A stretch of DNA of 64,000 nt, taken from Octopus vulgaris (lineage: Eukaryota). Under the pieces are notes generated by a model, which made no database searches, had not been told where the DNA came from, and was given only the letters and a program-made list of their open reading frames with translations. A program made the translations under genes and the position numbers. Shown one piece after another: positions 42,307-55,489 of this stretch (its first letter is position 1; every line of letters begins with the position of its first letter). The stretch spans positions 61,876,001 through 61,940,000 of the forward strand of contig OX597818.1 of the NCBI GenBank assembly GCA_951406725.2, in the 5' to 3' direction.

Positions 42307-42905
42307 ACGGCCAGGTGGCAGAATGGTTAGCACGCTGGGCTAAATGCTTAGCGGCATTTCGTCTGTCTTTACGTTCTGAGTTCAAATTCCGCCGAGATCG
42401 ACTTCGCCTTTCATACTTTCGGGGTCGATTAAATAAGTACCAGTGACGCACTAGGGTCGATATAATCGACTTAATCCGTTTGTCTGTCCTTGCTTGTTCC
42501 CTCTTTGTTTAGCCCCTTGTGGATAGTAAATAAATAGGTGCATCGTCTGTCTTTACGTTCTAAGTGCAAATTCCGCCGAGGTCGACATTGCCTTTCATCC
42601 TTTCGGTGGGCAGTGGTGGGGGGTGTCGATAAAATAAGTACCAGTCGAGCAGAGGGGTCAATGTAATGGACGTAGCCCCCTCCCACGAAACTGATGGCCT
42701 TGTGCCAAAATTTAAAAATCATTAATATTACTGTTATTGTTATTGAGTTCAAATTCAGCCGAAGTTGGCTTTGCCTTTCATACTTTCGTGGGGTCGATAA
42801 AATAAGTAGCAGTTGAGTACTGGGGTCAGTGTAATCGACTAACCTCCCCCACCCCACGCTACCCTTCCACCAAAATTTCAGGTCTTGTGCCTATAGTTGG
42901 AAGGA
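42307..42905 (+). mobile_element. SINE family B dimer plus an additional partial copy
   Basis: Head at 42307; second unit begins after ...gtaaataaatagg at ~42538; third partial from ~42745. Confidence 0.8.
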
Positions 42906-42922
42906 TTATCATTATTATTATT

Positions 42923-43325
42923 AGGCGTAGGAGTGGCTGTGTGGTAAGTAGCTTGCTTACCAACCACATGGTACCGGGTTCAGTCCCACTGCGTGGCACC
43001 TTGGGCAAGTGTCTTCTACTGTAGCCGCGGGCCGACCAAAGCCTTGTGGGTGGATTTGGTAGACGGAAACTGAAAGAAGCCCGTCGTTTATATGTATATA
43101 TATGTATGTGTGTGTGAGTGTGTCTGCGTTTGTCCTCCCAACATCGCTTGACAACCGATGCTGGTGTGTTTACGTCCCGGTAACTTAGCGGTTCGGCAAA
43201 AGAGACCGATAGAATAAGTACTAGGCTTACAAAGAATAAGTCCTGGGGTCGATTTGCTCGACTAAAGGCGGTGCTCCAGCATGGCCACAATCAAATGACT
43301 GAAACAAGTAAAAGAGAGTAAAGAG
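42923..43325 (+). mobile_element. SINE family A, full-length young copy
   Basis: Complete head, core and tail; inserted in an (ATT)n tract. Confidence 0.9.
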
Positions 43326-43344
43326 TATTATTATTATTATTATT

Positions 43345-43677
43345 TTCTACTCTAGGCACAAGCCCCGATATTTTTGGAGAGGGGGCCAGTCGATTAGATC
43401 GACCCCAGTACGCAATTGGTACTTAATTTATCAACCCAAAAGGATGAAAGGCAAAGTCGACCTCGGCGTAATTTGAACTCAGAACATAAAGACAGAAGAA
43501 ACACGAGGACAAACAAGGACAGACAAACGGATTAAGTCGATTATATCGACCCCTGTGTGTAAATGGTACTTATTTAATCGACCCCGAAAGGATGAAAGGC
43601 AAAGTCGACCTCGGCGGAATTTGAACTCAGAACATAACGTTAGACGAAATACTGCTAAGCATTTCTGCCAGCTCGCC

Positions 43678-43678
<1 letters not shown>
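43345..43678 (-). mobile_element. SINE family B dimer
   Basis: Two reverse-complement cores (ggatgaaaggcaaagtcgacctcggcg) at ~43440 and ~43590. Confidence 0.8.
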
Positions 43679-43709
<31 letters not shown>

Positions 43710-44096
43710 GATAAGTTGGTGAGCTGGCAGAATCGTTATATCGCCGGACCAAATGCTTAGTAGGATTTTGTGCACCGTTATGTCAGATCAAATACCACCG
43801 TGATCAACTTTGTTTTTCATTCTTTCGTGGCCAATAAATCCCAGTAGAATACTGGAATCAATCAAATCTGGTATCTATAACGAAAAGGATCGATATTATT
43901 ATACCCGTAAGATGAAACGATGTCATTTTAGGTGCATTTAGCTGTTATTTCATTTCAGCCGGTTGGACCCCGACCGTACATCTGACTTTCCCATATTGTC
44001 ATTGTTATAGATCAGCAGCTTTGTGCAGAATAAAGAGCTATTTATGCATTTATATAATACATATACACACAGTATGTGCGTATGTCTATATACATA

Positions 44097-44440
44097 CATG
44101 ATGGCTGCCCCCCTCGTTATCGAGTATGGCCATTGCACGAAGCTTAACTGATATTGGTGCTGTGATCGAATGTGACTTTTTAGCCCAGCTAAAGATCTAC
44201 AATGTCTTGTACAGAATTGGCAACTAAATCCTTTACCGGCTGCAGTTGTAACTGGGCTTCATGTACCTTTGCATGTCGTTTAAGTCCTCCTGCCGAATTA
44301 CACTCTCTTTCACATGCCCGACAGATATGATTAGTATGGTGTGTTACACCACCACCAGTAGCCAGGTTGTCACTCATCTGTCACGCTTTATGACTACGAA
44401 GATGACTCTTGAGTCCAGCTTTACTGAGGCAGGGACTTGC

Positions 44441-44446
<6 letters not shown>
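44097..44446 (-). mobile_element. 3' end of a probable RTE-clade LINE with three C2H2 zinc-finger motifs (decayed)
   Basis: Minus translation: [18 protein letters not shown] ...ICRACERECNSAGGLKRHAKVH... (frameshift) FSCQFCTRHCRSLAGLKSHIRSQH, then a short 3' end ggccatactcgataacgagggggcagccatcat. Confidence 0.6.
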
Positions 44447-44489
<43 letters not shown>

Positions 44490-44525
44490 CATACATATAA
44501 TATATATATTATATATATATATACG

Positions 44526-44615
<90 letters not shown>

Positions 44616-44616
44616 T

Positions 44617-44647
<31 letters not shown>

Positions 44648-44648
44648 C

Positions 44649-44714
<66 letters not shown>

Positions 44715-44745
44715 ATACATACATACATACATACATCACAATTCT

Positions 44746-44809
<64 letters not shown>

Positions 44810-45000
44810 CATGAGAGATATTGGTCTAGAAGACCCAAAGAGTGGCAGGCAACGCTAAGTAAGTGCTATGGACAGATCGTAGTCAAACTCTTGGTTCGAC
44901 AGTGATACGAGTGAGGAGTCTAACATGGATCTTGTATTAGCATGCATGTATATACATTAGGGAAAATGAGATAACAAAGCCAAGGTTTGAAATTTCCCAA

Positions 45001-45046
45001 GACACCTGATGAAGGCTGGAGGGTATATCAGCCGAAACGTTGTGTT
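45001..45046 (+). ncRNA. Minimal type I hammerhead ribozyme motif (PLE-type)
   Basis: Stem I gacac/gtgtt; CTGATGA 45006-45012; extra A; stem II ggctg/cagcc; GAAA 45034-45037; palindromic stem III aacgtt. Confidence 0.8.
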
Positions 45047-45739
45047 AACAGCAAACAAGATGAGGACAAATATTCGTCAAATGTAAATAATGTAAATAAA
45101 GACTTTGATCATAAGTCCATCAATAAGAGCAGGCCTGGAACTTAAATTCAAGTGTGCCACTCTGTCGAGTTTAGGATCATCACCAGTCATCAGATTTAAG
45201 CAGAGAAACTTACTGGATCTTGGGTGAAAATGTATGTTCTTGTGCATAATGGTATGATAATCACATCACAGGTATTCTCATCGCTTCTCCAATTAGAAAT
45301 GGTTTGAGAATTGAGCTGCAAGTAGTTGTAATCTTTCGAATTTCTTCCTGGCTTCAGAAAAAAACGACAAAACAAGAAAACACAGATTTCTAAATCCATT
45401 ATTGTTTGGGTGATTTAGATATAATGGCAAGCTGCGGTATAGACACAAAATCGACGTAATTAGACGAGCATCAAAAACTTAATTAAAAATAATTACGCTT
45501 TGAGGGGAAAATAACATTAGCTGACTAATTGATATTATTTTAATTATTGCGCCAAATATGGAAGACGTCTACTGTAGGATGGTTGGATTTGAAAACACTA
45601 GATGTAATGAATAACTGTAAAACTTTTAATCCGGCACATCTATCATTTAATCCGACACAGCTACCATTTGAACCCTTGACATAATTGGATCCGGTATTTC
45701 TACAACTTAAAGTCTTAACCTAACATCAGTAGGTGCTGC

Positions 45740-46125
45740 CGCGGCCGTGTGGTAAGAAGTTTGTTTCCTGACCACTTGGTTCAGGGTTCAGTCCCACTGC
45801 ACCGCACATTGGGCAAGTGTCTTCTACTATAGACTCGGGCCGACCAAAGCAATGTGAATGGATTTGGTATACGGAAACTGAAAGAAGCCCATCGTAAGTA
45901 TGTGTGTGTGTGTGTGTCTGTGTTTGTCCCTGCCCCACCTCTTTAATAACCGGTGTTGGTGTCTTTGTGTCTCCGTAATTTAGCAGTTCGGCAAAGGATA
46001 CAGACAGAATAACTACCAGGTCCTTTTTTAAAATAAGCCCTGCGATCGATTTATTCCACAAAAAATTCTTCAAGGTGGTGCCCCAGCATGGCCGCAGTCA
46101 AAGGACTGAAACAAGTAAAAGATAA
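45740..46125 (+). mobile_element. SINE family A, older copy
   Basis: Full head, core and tail architecture with more substitutions. Confidence 0.8.
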
Positions 46126-47687
46126 AGCTAACTGGTTACTTTAATAAATTTAAGCCGGCATTCTACCATTTGACCTCTGAACAATCACATAACTGTTGCC
46201 GTACGTTGACCCGTTCATCTATTTTCTTGCCATCTTTTGTTTTAGTCCTACAGCGTGTCTTGTAACTCTCCACCTCAGGCAAATTTGGCTGGTGAACCAG
46301 TTTAGTCACAGACGTCCTATTTATGTAACATACAGTACTGGATTGTATGATACCAACAGTAGCGTTCAGTGAGATGTGACCTTCCAGCATTTTGAGGGCA
46401 AATATCTTATCGACCCTTAAGAGTATGTCAAGGTTTTCTTCAACAAGGTTTCAATTTAAAATGTTCAGATACATAAAAAAATAAACCTTGTACACATCAT
46501 CTAGTTTGTCACTCTATTGCTTCTACCACCGATAATCTTCGCAGTCGCGGTTATATTCCATTGAATTCTTCCAAGACCTTGACTAGTGCTTAATTTATAA
46601 AACAAATTTAATCACCGAATGTAATTACACAGACACGCCACAGACATTTAAGTTAGCATTGACACGTTTAATGTTGTGAGCAAGCATTAAAAATCTAATT
46701 AGAAATATTTATGTGTTGAGGAAAATGCATTAACTGTAAATAATATAATTATCTCTACGATAAGCACAAGTCCTGAAATTTTGGGACGTGAGTCAGTTGA
46801 TTACATCAGCTCCAATGTTCACTGATACATATTTTATCGATTCCGAAGGACGGAAGGCAAAGTTGACCTCGGCAGAATTCGACTTTTGAACGTAAAACCG
46901 GAAGAAACGCCGCTAAACGTTTTGCCCGGTGCGCTTATGATTCTGTCAGATCGCCGCCTTAGCTCTGTAAATAATATATTGATGAAATTATTTTGGTAAG
47001 TACGGGAAATAACTCATGACCCTAACGTATTTTGGTTTTATGAAACCTCTTCCACGAAGTATAAACTCTACCGAATTTGCAAAAGAGGTGATGAGAAAAC
47101 AACCATCCCTTAGAATATGTACAATGTTGTACACGCGTTGTCAAGAAAAATTTGCATATTTAGGAAAAACAATAACATGCACACTAGAACAAATCTTTGA
47201 ATTTAATTATACAGTGATGCCATGTGTATGAAAACACATTTAAATTAGCATCAACACTTAAATTAGTAAACATTAGCCGCTACAATATTAGCATTCGTAT
47301 CTTGACTCCCTTGAGAAATGTTCTGATGTTGACAGTTCACAGTAATCGCGGTCTTTCAAATGCGTTTTTAATCTCGGAAAGAACAATCACAGATTACCAA
47401 GCCCATTGTGGTTTGAACGATTTAGAAATAATGTAAAGGTGTGATATAGACGTGGAATAATGATAATTAATTGAGCATCCAAAAAACCTAATTAGATATA
47501 ATTATTCAGTGAATGGGGAAACAATATTAGCTGATTGATTGATTGACTGATAGTTTAACTATTGTGGCAAAGAGGAAATCGTCTACGGAAGAATGGCTGG
47601 ATTCGAACTCGTCCCATAACTGATTGCTGTCATACATTTAATCCGGCATTTTTACCCTTTCAGCGCTAGACGTAACAGACAACAGCT

Positions 47688-48008
47688 GGAACTCCGTCAG
47701 TTGCGACGACGAGGGTCCCAGTTGATTCGATCAACGGAACAGCCTGCTTGTGAAATTAACGTGCAAGTGGCTGAGTAATCCACAGACACGTTTGCCTTTA
47801 ATGTAGTTATCAGGGAGATTCAGCATGACGCAGAATGTGACAAGGCCGGCCCCTTTGGATTACAGGTACGACTAATTTTTTCCAGCTGAGTGGACTGGAG
47901 CAACGTGAAATAAAGTGTCTTGCTCAAGGACACAAAGTGTCGCCGGGAATTGAACTCACGACTTCACGATCGTGAGCCGAATGCGCTAGCCACTCATCCA
48001 CGTGCCTT
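47688..48008 (-). mobile_element. SINE family C
   Basis: Body matches 8663-8850; head gagttcaattcccggcg on the minus strand. Confidence 0.8.
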
Positions 48009-48584
48009 CATAACAGTCATGAGAACACCACCACCGGCAAAAATGGCAGTCGCCGTCACCACTGCCATTATATCTACCATCACAACCACCACCACTGCTT
48101 GACAACCTCCACCACTGTTTGACAACCGGTGTTGGCGTGTTTGCATCCCCATAACTTAGCGGTTCGGCAAAATAGACCGATAGAATAAGTACCTGCTTCA
48201 AAAAGTCCTGGTGTTGATTCATTCTTTCGAGTGGAAATTCAAGGCGGTGCCCCAGCATGGCCGCAGTCAAATGACAGAACTTAAAAGACATTAGTGTATA
48301 TATATATATGTATATTATGATTGTATGTATGTGTGTATGCATGCATGCATTTATATATGTATGTATGTATGTGTATTTATGTATATTTGTGTGTGTGTAC
48401 TTATGTATGTATGTGTGGACGCAATGCATGTACATATGTATGTATGTGTATGTATGTATTCTTGCGTGTGTGTATGTGTGTATACGTACGTACGCACGCA
48501 TGTATGTATGTATGTATGTATGTATATTTGTGTGTGTGTGTACGTACGTATGTATGAGTATTTATGCTTGTGTGTGTACGTAAC

Positions 48585-49000
48585 TCTCTTTTACTCTTTT
48601 ACTTGTTTCAGTCATTTGATTGTGGCCATGATGGAGCACCGCCTTTATTCGAGCAAATCCCCCCCAGGACTTATTCTTTATAAGCCTAGTACTTATTCTA
48701 TCGGTCTCTTCTGCCGAACTGCTAAGTTACGAGGACGTAAACACACCAGCATCGGTTGTCAAGTGATGTTGGGGGACAAGCACAGACACAGAAACATGTA
48801 CACACACATACACACATTTATATATATATATATATATATATATACATACATATATACGACGGGCTTCTTTCAGTTTCCGTCTACCAAATCCACTCACAAG
48901 GCTTTGGTCGGCCCGAGGCTACAGTAGAAGACACTTGACCAAGGTGCTGCGAAGTGGGACTGAACCCGGAACCATATGGTTCATAACAACAGCCACTCCT
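48585..49000 (-). mobile_element. SINE family A
   Basis: Reverse complement of family A. Further minus copies at ~51225-51620, 59825-60187 and 60775-61180. Confidence 0.85.
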
Positions 49001-49767
49001 ACGTAAGTATGTATGCATGAGCGTATGTGTGTATGTATTTATGCATCTACGTATGGACGTACATATATATGTATGTATTCACGTGTGTGTGTATGTATGT
49101 ATGTATGTATGTATGTTGTATGTATGTATGTATGTATGTGTGTATGTATGTATGTATGTATGTATGTATGTATGTGTGTATGTATGTATGTATGTATGCA
49201 TGCATGTATGTATGTATTTATGTATGTATGTATGTATGTATGTATGTGTGTATGTATGTATGTATGTATGTATGTGTGTGTGTATGTATGTATGTGTGTA
49301 TGTATGTATGTATCGAAATAAGATCTTCATTGCCATACCGGAAACATTCTGTTTCTGCAAACATACTGCATTCATACAAAAGCGACTTAAAGTTTTCTCA
49401 GCCGGAAAGATAAACAAAAGAGAATTCAAATGAATCCAGGCTACACACACACACACACACACACACGTACACACAACAGAAGTGTCACATGGTGCAGACC
49501 GAAAAGCCTCATAAAATCCAAATATATCAAAGTTTATGTGGACTTGTCGCCGCTGTTTGCATCAATAAATATGTATTATCTATACCTAGAGCGATTAAAT
49601 ATAATCATTTCTCAAAATAAATCAAGAACACATCTTTTAAGCAAAAATCCACAAGAGTACAAATTGAAATGGATTCAGCGCTGTGAAACTTCATGTAATA
49701 TGTTAAGTGACTGCGACACAAACACAAATTGTGGCATATATATTAAAATGTAATATATAATTATTAC

Positions 49768-50490
49768 ACGGTGGCGAAACGCCTAGCGGTATTTCGTCTG
49801 CCGCTACGTTCTGAGTTCAAATTCCGCCGAGGTCAACTTTGTCTTTCATCCTTTCGGGGTCGATTAAATAAGTACCAGTTACGCACCGGGGTCGATATAA
49901 TCGACTTAATCCGTTTGTCTGTCCTTGTTTGTCCTCTCCGTGTTTAACCCCTTGTGGGTAGTAAATAAATAGGTATTTCATCTGTCTTTACTTTCTGAAT
50001 TCAAATTCAGCCGAGATCGAGTTTGCCGGGGTCGATTAAATAAGTATCAAGTACGCGCTGGGGTCGACTTAATCCGTTTTTCTGTCCTTGTTTGTCCTCT
50101 CTGTGTTAAGCCCCTTGTGGGTAATAAAGAAATAAGTATTTCGTCTGCCGTTACGTTCTGAGTTCAAATTCCGCCGAGGTCGACTTTACTTTTCATCCTT
50201 TCGGGGTCGATTAAATAAGTATCAAGTACGCGCTGGGGTCGATATAATTGACTTAATCCGTTTGTCTGTCCTTGTTTGTCCCCTCTGTGTTAAGCCCCTT
50301 GTGGGTAATAAAGAAATAAGTATTTCCTCTGCCGTTACGTTCTGAGTTCAAATTCTGCCGAGGTCAACTTTGCCTTTCATCCTTTCGGGGTCGATTAAAT
50401 AAGTACCAGTTACGCACTGAGGTCGATTTAATCCACTGGTACCCTCCCCCAAAATGTCACACCTTGTACCTAGAGTAGAAAAGAATGTAT
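49768..50490 (+). mobile_element. SINE family B head-to-tail tetramer
   Basis: Unit start gtatttc at 49789, 49973, 50136 and 50320 (periods 184, 163, 184 bp). Confidence 0.85.
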
Positions 50491-50661
50491 AATTATTATG
50501 TGTGTGTGTGTTTCGGTTTCTGGTTTTAGTCATTTATTGCCTGCGCCCATGCTGGGGCACTATCCTATAATGTACACATGGTTCCGAATTCAGTCCCACT
50601 GCGTGGCACCTTACCTTAGGCAAGTGTTTGCTTCTATAGCTTCGGGCTGGAAGGGACTTTG

Positions 50662-50893
50662 TCACTGTTCTTTAGTCCCCAAGAAACATCGTTCCCAGCT
50701 GGCTAGACGACATACTATCTGCGTCCTTATATTTTCGAACGGGTTGATATGACCGATTTAACCCTGAAACTAGTCCACAGATATTGTTTTGTGCTAGTTG
50801 GGGATGTTGAATTCTTTGTTCGAAAATATAAGGGCACAGATAGTGTGTCATACACTCAGCTGGAAATGATGTTTCTTGGAGCTAAAACAACAG
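50662..50893. mobile_element. Foldback MITE with ~75-bp imperfect TIRs
   Basis: tttagtccccaagaaacatc...cagctg...ccttatattttcgaac versus gttcgaaaatataaggg...cagctggaaatgatgtttcttggagctaaa; solo arms at ~2580-2650 and ~7950-8020. Confidence 0.7.
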
Positions 50894-51119
50894 TAACATT
50901 CGTCCCATCCAGGACTGCCATATTATGTTGGCAAATAACCTTTACTTTGAAGAACTGTTACTGAATGTCTCTCTTTGAGAGATTTAGAAATAATAATGTT
51001 TATATATGTATATAAATATGTATGTATGTATCTATCTGTGTCTATCCACCTCCGAAAAGAAAAGCTCTACATTTGTAATTGTCCCCTCTATGTCCAGCCC
51101 TGTAAGGCCAATAAAGAAA

Positions 51120-51170
<51 letters not shown>

Positions 51171-52081
51171 GTCTGCCTATCTATCAATCAATCCATATCT
51201 ATCTATCTGTCTATCTATTCTTCTATTCTTTCACTTGTTTCAGTCATTTGGCTGCGGCCATATTGGAGCACCGCCTTAAAGGGTTTTTAGTCGAAGAAAT
51301 CGATCCCAGGACTTGCTCTTTTTAAGCTTAGTACTTACTCTATCGGTTTCTTTTGCCGAACCGCTGTTACAGTGACATAAACACACCAGCATCGGTTGTC
51401 AGGCGATGGTGGTTGTGGTGGGACAAATACAGACACATAAATACACACATACACACACACATATACACAAAGGGCTTCTTTCAGTTTCCGTCTACCAATT
51501 CCACTCATAAGGCTTTGGTCGGCCCGTGGCTATAGCAGAAGACAATTGTCCAAGGTGCCGCGCAGTGAGACTGAACCCAGAACCGTGTGGTTGGGAAGTA
51601 AGTTTCCCATCACACAGCCATAGGTTCCGTGGTTGCACTTTTGTCGTTCCGGTGAGTGGGGTGAGGTCACTTGGCAAGATTCAAATCTATCGTATCAATT
51701 CTAATATTTATTTCGGTCTGGTACCAAATAGAAATGAATTCAAAACGCTCATATGTGAAATATGATAACCTATGATATTATCGACAATGATGAATGATAG
51801 AATTATTAATATTCTCAATGCAAAGAGAGAATATCAAACATCATGTCTACCAATGGAATGGTTTCCGTCAGAGAACATGTTTCTCTTTTCTGTCTCAAAC
51901 CTGTAGTTATAATGACGGCTTAATGTTGAAAATATTAGCAAGCGTGGCTGTTCGGTAAGAAGCTTGCTTCACAATCACATGGTTCCGGGTTCTGTCCCAC
52001 TACGTAACTCCTTCAGGAAGTGTCTTTTACTTTTGCCTCGGGCTGATGGACTTAGTAGACGGAAACTGGAAGAAGCCGGTC

Positions 52082-52147
<66 letters not shown>

Positions 52148-52165
52148 GTATATATATGTATATAT

Positions 52166-52350
52166 AAATAAGCAGCAAGAATAACTTCGGTTATTGGAAT
52201 AACTTTGGAATAACTTCCAAATTACCGAAGTTATTCTTGTTGCTTATTTTGATTATAATCACCCCATGGATTTATATGGATAACACCATACAGAATTCTG
52301 GTGCATCTAAATTAAGTACCATGTTCATTCGAATCTAAATTTTTGCTGAA

Positions 52351-52353
<3 letters not shown>
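52166..52353 (+). mobile_element. Hairpin plus ~105-bp tail element in (TA)n, same family as 61198-61604
   Basis: aaataagcagcaagaataacttcggt...accgaagttattcttgttgcttattt followed by a tail that is the reverse complement of 61198-61300. Confidence 0.7.
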
Positions 52354-52409
<56 letters not shown>

Positions 52410-52433
52410 ATATACTCACACAAATGTGAGAGC

Positions 52434-52521
<88 letters not shown>

Positions 52522-52526
52522 GTCTG

Positions 52527-52592
<66 letters not shown>

Positions 52593-55489
52593 TTACTTGG
52601 AAATGCATGCGTGGCGTCTGATCATATAATAACATAAATAATATATATACATGCATAATATGGGTACAGGACACCAAAAAAAAATACGTTAAACACAATG
52701 AGAAACGAAAACATAAAAACAATAACATGGAAACGAACTTATTTTCAAATAACGAAAAAACAGAGTACAAGACATACAACACAAGGAATATTCCCCTTCT
52801 TCAGTTGTCCCTGTTCCATCTACTCCGCGTTACGAAGGTAAGGACATATATATACAATTATATATATATATATATATATATATACATAATTAAATATATA
52901 TATATATATATATACATAATTAAATATATATATATATATATATATATATTAAATATATATATATATATATATATACATACACACACATATATATAAATAT
53001 GTATATATCTATATATATATAGACATATACATACGTGTGTGTGTGTGTGTGTGTGTGTATTTATGTGTCTGTTGTCAAGCAGTCGTGGTCTGTCATAAAT
53101 ACACCACGACTACTTGACGTGTCCAGTGTTGGTGTGTTTACGTCACCGTAACATTGTGGTTCGGAAAAACACCGATAGAACAAGCACCAAGCTTTAAAAA
53201 AATATAACAATAATAAGTACTGGTGTCGATTCGTGCGACTGAAACTCTTCAAGGCAGTGCCCCAGCATGGCCGCTGTCTGACGATCGAAAAAAGTAAAAT
53301 AAAAAAAGTAAAGATAAATCATCATATTTTGTTTTCATGGGGTTATTTCTCATCATTAACGCAGAACCGACGAGAAACACCTATTCAAGTAGAACAGCAG
53401 CATATACAGGATATCTATGTATGAAGTTTTACCAGGGCATCGATTAAGTTATTCTTTTTTTCTGTTATTATATTGTGTCATGAAAACAGAAGTCTGAGCT
53501 TAAACGAAGCGATGCAATGCCAACGTTGCATTGCAGAGAAATTCTATATATAACCAAATATACCGATAATTTAAACAAAGAAACGGAGATCGGATATGCG
53601 ATGGAAACAAATGATAGTACTAACCGGAAGTCTACGCTGTACTGACTTACAGCAGTGAATGTCTATTTAGCATTGCAGAGAGGTCTTGATTAATGTGCTG
53701 TCCTCACCGAACTTGGTTTTGTAGTTAAAGAAAACCACTTTCGTAATGTATGTACTCTAGTATGGGAAGAGTGTAACTTTTACTTTGTGCTATACGTGGA
53801 AGCATAATCCATCCATCCATGCATGCATGCACACATACAAACATGCATAAATAATGCATACATAAAACATACATACATAATACATACATACATAATATAT
53901 ACATACATACATACATACATATATACATACATAATACATACATGTATACATAATACATACATAAAACTTACATACATAAGACATACATACAAACATACAT
54001 ACATACATACAAACATAAATACATACATAAATAATACACACATACGTAATACATATATACATACAAGAAGCGTCATATAACGGGAGTTGGAAATAAACTT
54101 CCCACAAGGTATTTTATGACTGCTGCTCAAGGTTAAACTCCGCCACACATTCCAAAGTTGCACAGCTATACCATAACTAAAAACCAGGTGAAAGGCTTTG
54201 TGCTAACCAGGAGAGTTGCGCACGCATAGTCATGTGATCAGTAAATCTGAGAGTGACAAAGTGACAATCGTTATATTAACCCCCACATTGAAGAAATATT
54301 CTTTAATAATCCCAGCCTTAAAGCATCTTGCTTGAATCCCCCACTTTTGAACCGCAACGTTACAATATTGCAAAATCAGTTACGAGGAATTAACCCTGTT
54401 GCTATAAAAAGCATTAACAGTTACGTGAACACGGTTCGACCAATCAGATTGGACGGTGCGTAACTAAATGAGTTTTGTGAATTTTCTCGACCTGTAGTTC
54501 TGCCGAAATTTCTGGAAGCTTGATTAAATGTTATAAAAAGTTGCTCCCAAACAGAACATCAAATACTACGCAAAACTCTATCCATAAGTTTTGTCATAAA
54601 AATGTTCTCATTCTTTCTACGGATTCTGTCTTCAATCAGCACGGACAATTATCTCAGGTGTACTGGTAGAATCGTTAGCACGCCGGGCGAAATGCTTTGC
54701 GGTATTTCGCCTACCGCTACGTTCTGAGTTCAAATTCCACCGAGGTCGACTTTGCCTTTCATCAATTGGCTCCTGGCGAAAGTACATCCTTAGCATAGTT
54801 TCGATAGCATCCCAAAGACATGTCCCTCTCTTTAGGGCTTTAGGGCAAATAAGATATTTCAGCTTCAAACAGTTACTGATACCCCAGAAGGCTCAAATGA
54901 GGTCCCCAATGGAGTACAACATCCACACCTGAGATGGTATAGTTGCAACGTACACTGACATCTAGGGTCGCATCTACGGAATTGCAGCTTGGTTGATTGG
55001 CATACCATCACTAAAAGATATATTCTAGCCTCTTGCCCACATGTGTGGTGTTTCCTCTTTTCTATTGCAATTATATTAGCCTCATTTCCTTGAATCTCGT
55101 ACCTCCATCACCCAGGCATCCTCCATCCACTTGTCTCTTCCCCTTCTCCCCTTGTTGCATCCATCCCCGCTGTACTTAATCGCTATGTTTAATCTTTCTT
55201 CCTCATAATCTCGGTATTCTGGAATCTCCTTTCTGCTCACTCTTTTCTGTGGGTGTTCACCTGCAACAGTTTCACAGAACATTAACGGCGGCTTCAGGCG
55301 CAAAGAAATAACAAGTGATAGTCACGGTTGACGCACTTGGGAGCATAGCAGTAGAACTGAACGCTATATGAGAGGGTTAAACGGTCTCGTACGGTGACAC
55401 GATTATTTGGCTGCCAACTGTACAAAGAAATTGCAATAAAGGATCTGAACAATTATTTAACGGACTGGTGATAATAATGCTAACGAGAT

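Noticed and set aside
46163-46450. ~95-codon open frame on the minus strand
   Set aside because: No recognisable domain and no clear splice sites.
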